Under the pieces are notes generated by a model, which was given only the letters and a program-made list of their open reading frames with translations, did no database searches and was not told where the DNA came from. Made by a program: the position numbers and the translations under genes. DNA of 32,000 nt from Clostridiales bacterium 38-18 (GTDB lineage: Bacteria; Bacillota; Clostridia; Peptostreptococcales; Acidaminobacteraceae): NCBI GenBank assembly GCA_001897605.1, contig MKTL01000022.1, positions 1,030 to 33,029 on the forward strand, given 5' to 3'. Numbering within the stretch: the stretch's first letter is position 1; the number at the start of each line of letters is the position of its first letter. Shown here piece by piece: positions 26,624 to 32,000 of the stretch.

Positions 26624-27480
26624 AAGTAAGAAAGGCCGTCATACCGGCAGCTGGATTCGGAACGAGATTTTTACCGGCGACAAAATCGACGCCAAAGGAA
26701 ATGTTAACCATCGTTGATCGTCCTGCAATCCACTACAATGTAGAGGAGCTAATAGAAGCAGGTATTGAAGACATTTTGATTATCATCGGACGTAACAAGG
26801 AAGAAATAGCTAATTATTTTGATCGTTCTCCAGAGCTTGAACTTTTCTTAAAGGAAAATGGTAAGGAAGAATTATATGATTTAACAGAACGCATTTCTAA
26901 CATGGCAAACATTCACTATGTAAGACAAAAGGATGCGAGAGGGTTGGGACATGCAGTTCTCTGTGCGAAGACCTTTGTTGGAGATGAACCCTTTGCACTT
27001 CTATTAGGGGATGACCTAGTATACTCGTCAACGCCATGTATCAAGCAACTGGCAGAGGTGTATGATCAATATGAGAGTACCATTATCGGTGTGCAATCAG
27101 TAGATGAGAGCCAAGTCAATAAGTACGGTATCGTCGACGGAATAAAGGTTGGAGATCGACTTTTTGAAGTGAAGGATTTGGTCGAAAAGCCTTCCATTGA
27201 TGAAGCACCGTCGAACATTGCAATTATGGGTAGATATATATTAACCCCAGATATCTTCGATATGATTGAGCAGACCAAACCGGGTAAGGGAAATGAAATA
27301 CAGCTGACCGATGCACTTAGAATGCTGAATGAGCAAAAAGAAATTTATGCCTATGAGTTTGAAGGCAAACGATATGATACCGGTGACAAGCTAGGTTATT
27401 TAATCGCTACAGTTGAGTATGCACTTAGAAATGATGAACTCTCGGATGACTTTAAGGCATATTTAAAGAATCTTTTTTAG
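26620..27480 (+). CDS. galU: UTP--glucose-1-phosphate uridylyltransferase
   Basis: Motifs KAVIPAAGFGTRFLPATKSTPKEML and VEKP. The ATG at 26620 overlaps the helicase TGA (ATGA), and GGAGG lies upstream. Confidence 0.9.
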   Translation: MKVRKAVIPAAGFGTRFLPATKSTPKEMLTIVDRPAIHYNVEELIEAGIEDILIIIGRNKEEIANYFDRSPELELFLKENGKEELYDLTERISNMANIHYVRQKDARGLGHAVLCAKTFVGDEPFALLLGDDLVYSSTPCIKQLAEVYDQYESTIIGVQSVDESQVNKYGIVDGIKVGDRLFEVKDLVEKPSIDEAPSNIAIMGRYILTPDIFDMIEQTKPGKGNEIQLTDALRMLNEQKEIYAYEFEGKRYDTGDKLGYLIATVEYALRNDELSDDFKAYLKNLF

Positions 27481-27567
27481 CGAGTATTTAGAATTGTCCG
27501 CTTTATGAGGGCTTGATTTTAATTCTTTATTGTGTTACTAGATATGCATCATTAAAACGACGTAATG

Positions 27568-27615
27568 AAGGCGCTTTTCAGGCTAGTCTATAGCTTGAAA
27601 GGCGCCTTATTTTAG
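27568..27615. terminator. Long hairpin terminator between the convergent galU and pepV
   Basis: AAGGCGCTTTTCAGGC (27568-27583) pairs with GCTTGAAAGGCGCCTT (27593-27608), with two G-U pairs, followed by ATTTTAG. Confidence 0.75.
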
Positions 27616-27644
27616 TTTGTATCTATTAAGTCCCTTGAATAGAG

Positions 27645-29030
27645 TTATTCAGCAAGGCGTTGAATCGCAAGTGCAAATATATCACTCATTTTATAAAGGT
27701 CATCAAGGACAATGGCTTCATCTCTTTGGTGCATCGTATCTTCAGCACCAGGAAAGAGTGCGCCAAATGCGACTGCATTCGGAATGGCACGCGCATACGT
27801 ACCACCACCTATGGTAATCGGTTTTGCATCAAGATCGCCTGTTTTTTCTCTATAAACATCCATCAAGGTCTTTACCAGTGGATGTGAAGGTGGGAAGAAT
27901 AGAGGATCTGAACCCCTAAACCCTGTAATATCAATTCCTGATCCTCTCACCGTACTGTCCAGTGAGGTTTTAATTTTGAGCTCTTTCATGGTAATCGGGT
28001 AACGGATGTTGATGACTGCTTTTCCATGACTTTGGTCTAAATCAATCATTCCAAGGTTTAATACAAGATGATTGTAGGCATCATCAAAGCCCACACCCAT
28101 GGACTTGCCATCGGTTTCCATACCAATATGGCTTGCCATAAATCGGATAAAATTAGATTGATCTCCAATTTGAATATCAATTAAATCCAAGAGGCAGACC
28201 AATTGAGAAATAGCGTTAACCCCTTTTTCAGGCGTGGAACCATGTGCCGAAACGCCATGAGATTTAAGGTAAGTGAATTCGCCTTCCTTAACATACTCAA
28301 TATTAGCGCCGCGCGTTTGATTAAATGCTTTAACAATATCTTGTATCGGTTTTGTTTCCAATAATTTTGCTTCTGCGTAATCGGGAACCATATTAGGTGC
28401 ATTGCCACCCTTTAGTGATAGAATTTCAATGCCGCCATCTGGATCAGAATCTACAAAATCACGTTCAAGAGCAAAAACCAAAATGCCCATTTCACCATGA
28501 ATGACAGGGAAATCTGCATCAGGACTAAAGGCAACCGTAGGTTTCTCCTCATGCTTTAGATAATATGCCATGCAAGCGCTGCCGCTTTCTTCATTTGTGC
28601 CTAAGATCAGTCTTATTCTTTTATTGGGTTTAAACCCTGAATCCTTGAGTGCTTTCATAGCGTAAAGAGATGCAATTGCAGGGCCCTTGTTATCGAGTGT
28701 CCCACGACCATACATTTTACCATCGACGATTTCAGCACCATAAGGCGCATGCGTCCAATCCTCGCCTTCTGGCACAACGTCAAGGTGACACAAGATGCCA
28801 AGTAGTTCTTTGCCCTCACCGAACTCGATATAGCCAGCATAGTTATCTACATTCTTTGTTTTAAAACCCATCTCATCTCCAATTTTAAGGATATGATCAA
28901 GTGCATTTTGAATACCCAGTCCAAAAGGACTTTCGCCGCTTGGCTCTTCTTTAACGCTTTTGATTTGGATAAGTTCTTGTAGTGCGGATACCATTTCATT
29001 TTTGGATGCTATCAGTTTGTCAGAATACAT
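27645..29030 (-). CDS. pepV: M20-family dipeptidase PepV (Xaa-His/beta-Ala dipeptidase type)
   Basis: 461 aa. Motifs HLDVVPEG, GRGTLDNKGP and NEESG. Confidence 0.9.
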   Translation of the reverse strand: MYSDKLIASKNEMVSALQELIQIKSVKEEPSGESPFGLGIQNALDHILKIGDEMGFKTKNVDNYAGYIEFGEGKELLGILCHLDVVPEGEDWTHAPYGAEIVDGKMYGRGTLDNKGPAIASLYAMKALKDSGFKPNKRIRLILGTNEESGSACMAYYLKHEEKPTVAFSPDADFPVIHGEMGILVFALERDFVDSDPDGGIEILSLKGGNAPNMVPDYAEAKLLETKPIQDIVKAFNQTRGANIEYVKEGEFTYLKSHGVSAHGSTPEKGVNAISQLVCLLDLIDIQIGDQSNFIRFMASHIGMETDGKSMGVGFDDAYNHLVLNLGMIDLDQSHGKAVINIRYPITMKELKIKTSLDSTVRGSGIDITGFRGSDPLFFPPSHPLVKTLMDVYREKTGDLDAKPITIGGGTYARAIPNAVAFGALFPGAEDTMHQRDEAIVLDDLYKMSDIFALAIQRLAE

Positions 29031-29031
29031 G

Positions 29032-29877
29032 TTATGCCTCCCCTAAAAAATCATATTTGATATAATTCGCCATAAATGCTGGAATACTCATTTCTTGTTT
29101 TCGAAGTTTTTCAAGGTCTAAAAGTGCCTGAGTAATTAAGCTGATGCCACTAATGTAGGCACTCTCAAACGCTTCATATTGCCTTTCAGTTGAAAGTTTT
29201 GGATCGGAGACGTCAGGTAGCGTCAGTGTGGATAAATCATAATGAATCCATTTGCTAATTTGGCTTTTAAAAGGCAGCCGATCTATAAACCCGCTTACGA
29301 GTAAGGATTCGATGCGTATCATCTCAAAATGACCAGATTTCATTGAATCAGCAGGTACTTTGACGGCATAGGTTGACCAAAGTAGCTTTTCCCATATAGG
29401 TGTAAATCCAATATCCAATTGTGCATCTGAGCACATGAACTGCTTTGGGTTTAACTGCTTGGGATTGCGCTTCCAATATTTATTAAGGATGAGCGCATCA
29501 AAATCCATTTCTACACGTTTATGGGTATCCTCCTCAGGACCTAACTGGCAGATCAGGGGATGGCAGGTAACATCGAGAAGATAATGTGTCATAAAGCCTG
29601 CAAGATAACTCCTCACTTCTGGTGCCTGTGTTTTGCTGTATAGATTTAAAATATTTTCAAAAAGGGTGTTTCTTCTTTTATCGTGTATGAGATTACCAAC
29701 TTCTTTGTAGTTGGTTTTGATTAAGAAATGAAGCTTGTTAATGTAGTAAAAGAAATCGGGTCCTTGCGCACCAAGATAATATAAATTATCATGTGCATCA
29801 TCCCAAACCGGATTTCTATCTCGAATGGTTTTTAGTGCAGCATCAGCAGCTAAGTGATGGCTCCAAAAATCAGGCAT
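29032..29877 (-). CDS. Zinc-dependent phospholipase C-like family protein (cytoplasmic, no signal peptide)
   Basis: Motifs MPDFWSHH, GAQGPDFFYY, THYLLDVTCHP and HKRVEMDFD. GAGGTG lies before the ATG at 29877. The stop is 1 nt from the pepV start, and the pepV RBS lies inside the 3' end of this gene. Confidence 0.65.
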   Translation of the reverse strand: MPDFWSHHLAADAALKTIRDRNPVWDDAHDNLYYLGAQGPDFFYYINKLHFLIKTNYKEVGNLIHDKRRNTLFENILNLYSKTQAPEVRSYLAGFMTHYLLDVTCHPLICQLGPEEDTHKRVEMDFDALILNKYWKRNPKQLNPKQFMCSDAQLDIGFTPIWEKLLWSTYAVKVPADSMKSGHFEMIRIESLLVSGFIDRLPFKSQISKWIHYDLSTLTLPDVSDPKLSTERQYEAFESAYISGISLITQALLDLEKLRKQEMSIPAFMANYIKYDFLGEA

Positions 29878-30010
29878 TTGATCACCTCGTTTCAAAGTTA
29901 AGACCTAACCCTATTATACATGCTGTTCGCAAATCAAATCAATTGCTTGATTAAATTAATGATTAACTATAAAATAATACTGCCGTTTTAAGAAATTTGA
30001 AAGTAGGTTG

Positions 30011-31189
30011 ATGATGCGTAAAGTCACATACGAAATTTGGACAAAAGAATTTGATATAAATACATTGATTTTTGCCGTACTAAGTAATGTTGCAAAGGGG
30101 GTTGAGAAAACCTTTAATAAAGTTAATATTAAGCCTGTCAAAATTAAAGAAGAACTCCTATACCAGTTTGAGTTCGTATTCGATAAAAAAGTGCTACATG
30201 AAAATTTAGATGCGCTGGATGCAAAGCAAAAACTATATGAGTTACTAGAGACTTATTTTAAGCAAGGGCAACTGTTTACGACAATCAGTGATTATCAAAT
30301 TTTATTTAATAAAAAACGTGAAGGCATCGTTATGCCTTCATCACCGACGCGAGCACTGACCACCGTTCAGCACAATAGGAAAAAGAACTATTTAATACCA
30401 GAGGATGAGCCTTGTGATTTCATGATCCACCTTGGCGTTATGGATGAAAATGGTAAGGTCTACAAGAAAAAATACGATAAGTTTAGACAGCTTAACAAAT
30501 ATTTAGAGTTCGTGTCAGATGTTATTGAAACATTGGGTGAAGCACCAACGATCATTGATTTTGGTTGTGGTAAAGCGTATTTAACATTTGCACTTTACTA
30601 TTATCTTGTAAAGGTTAAGGGAATGAATGTAAAAATCATAGGACTTGACCTAAAAGAGGATGTTATCGACTTCTGTAATCAAGTGGCTAAGGATTTGAAC
30701 TATGAAGGGTTGAGTTTCGAAATAGGCGACATCAAGGATTATCAGTACGACGAAAAGGTCGATATGGTCGTGTCCTTACATGCATGTGACACTGCAACGG
30801 ATGCTGCTATTGCAAAAGCAGTGAACTGGAATGCTAAAGTTATTTTTGCAGTACCGTGCTGTCAGCATGAGCTCTTTGGGCAATTATCCAATCGTGAGAT
30901 GCAGCCTCTACTGAAGCATGGTGTGGTGAAAGATAAGCTTGCAACGATTGTAACCGATACGCTTAGAACGCTCGCACTTGAATCTGTAGGCTATGAGGTG
31001 CAAATGCTAGAGTTTATCGATATGGTTCACACGCCTAAAAACATATTGATCCGTGCGGTCGGTAGTGGTACATCTAATGAAAGCGCTTATTCTGAATATC
31101 TTGCATTTAGAAGCAGTTGGGGCGTAAAGCCTACAATTGATAGGCTATTACAAGACAAATTCCCTTCAAATACGAATAATAATTATTAA
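30011..31189 (+). CDS. Class I SAM-dependent methyltransferase with an N-terminal domain of about 170 aa (Methyltransf_32-like)
   Basis: The SAM motif IIDFGCGKAYLTF, plus LHACDTATD and PCCQHE. The start is ambiguous (TTG 30008, ATG 30011 or ATG 30014). Confidence 0.7.
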   Translation: MMRKVTYEIWTKEFDINTLIFAVLSNVAKGVEKTFNKVNIKPVKIKEELLYQFEFVFDKKVLHENLDALDAKQKLYELLETYFKQGQLFTTISDYQILFNKKREGIVMPSSPTRALTTVQHNRKKNYLIPEDEPCDFMIHLGVMDENGKVYKKKYDKFRQLNKYLEFVSDVIETLGEAPTIIDFGCGKAYLTFALYYYLVKVKGMNVKIIGLDLKEDVIDFCNQVAKDLNYEGLSFEIGDIKDYQYDEKVDMVVSLHACDTATDAAIAKAVNWNAKVIFAVPCCQHELFGQLSNREMQPLLKHGVVKDKLATIVTDTLRTLALESVGYEVQMLEFIDMVHTPKNILIRAVGSGTSNESAYSEYLAFRSSWGVKPTIDRLLQDKFPSNTNNNY

Positions 31190-31215
31190 GTTTTTAAAAT
31201 TATTCGGAGTATTGT

Positions 31216-32000
<785 letters not shown>

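Noticed and set aside
26502-26717. 71-aa ORF bridging the helicase end and the galU start.
   Set aside because: It is out of frame with both well-supported genes and overlaps them completely, so it is not credible as a third coding layer.
24236-27480. The nuclease-helicase plus neighbours as a phage-defence island.
   Set aside because: No flanking integrase, transposase, restriction-modification, toxin or other defence genes are present, and the neighbours are core genes (galU, pepV, tyrS). It is kept as an interesting single protein and is not claimed as a defence system.

Overview
This window is a low-GC Bacillota chromosome segment. The AbrB C-terminus (CxxC...CxxC) suggests a Clostridia-type organism. 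Most of it is conserved housekeeping sequence, and about 29 of the roughly 34 genes are on the + strand. The core matches the origin-proximal B. subtilis yaaO-to-ksgA block: a YaaO-like Orn/Lys/Arg decarboxylase, darA(yaaQ), holB, ricT(yaaT), trmN6(yabB), rsmI(yabC), abrB (opposite strand), metG, tatD(yabD), rnmV and rsmA(ksgA). Differences from B. subtilis are a signal peptidase I gene where tmk sits, no visible yaaR, yabA or yabE, and two extra minus-strand genes between abrB and metG. Flanking genes are a 5'-truncated niaR, an EIIC_2-like permease, murI, an aspartate-type aminotransferase, a RimJ-like GNAT, degV, an HD-GYP phosphodiesterase, tyrS, a wHTH protein plus lipoprotein pair, an SLT transglycosylase, a nuclease-XPD/DinG helicase overlapping galU, pepV plus a Zn-PLC-like protein, a SAM methyltransferase and a 3'-truncated purA. 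Two clear T-box leaders are present (AUG specifier before metG, UAU before tyrS). I found no rRNA, tRNA, CRISPR array, IS element, integrase or prophage signature. I see no convincing discrete multi-gene novel system. The most interesting items are a RecB/Cas4-like nuclease fused to an Fe-S XPD/DinG helicase, an untracked 58-aa membrane ORF abutting the decarboxylase gene, a sigma-70 region-4-only mini-protein coupled to murI, promoter-like repeats downstream of both T-box terminators, and a niaR-adjacent permease with candidate operator repeats. All calls rest on reading motifs by eye; no database search was possible.
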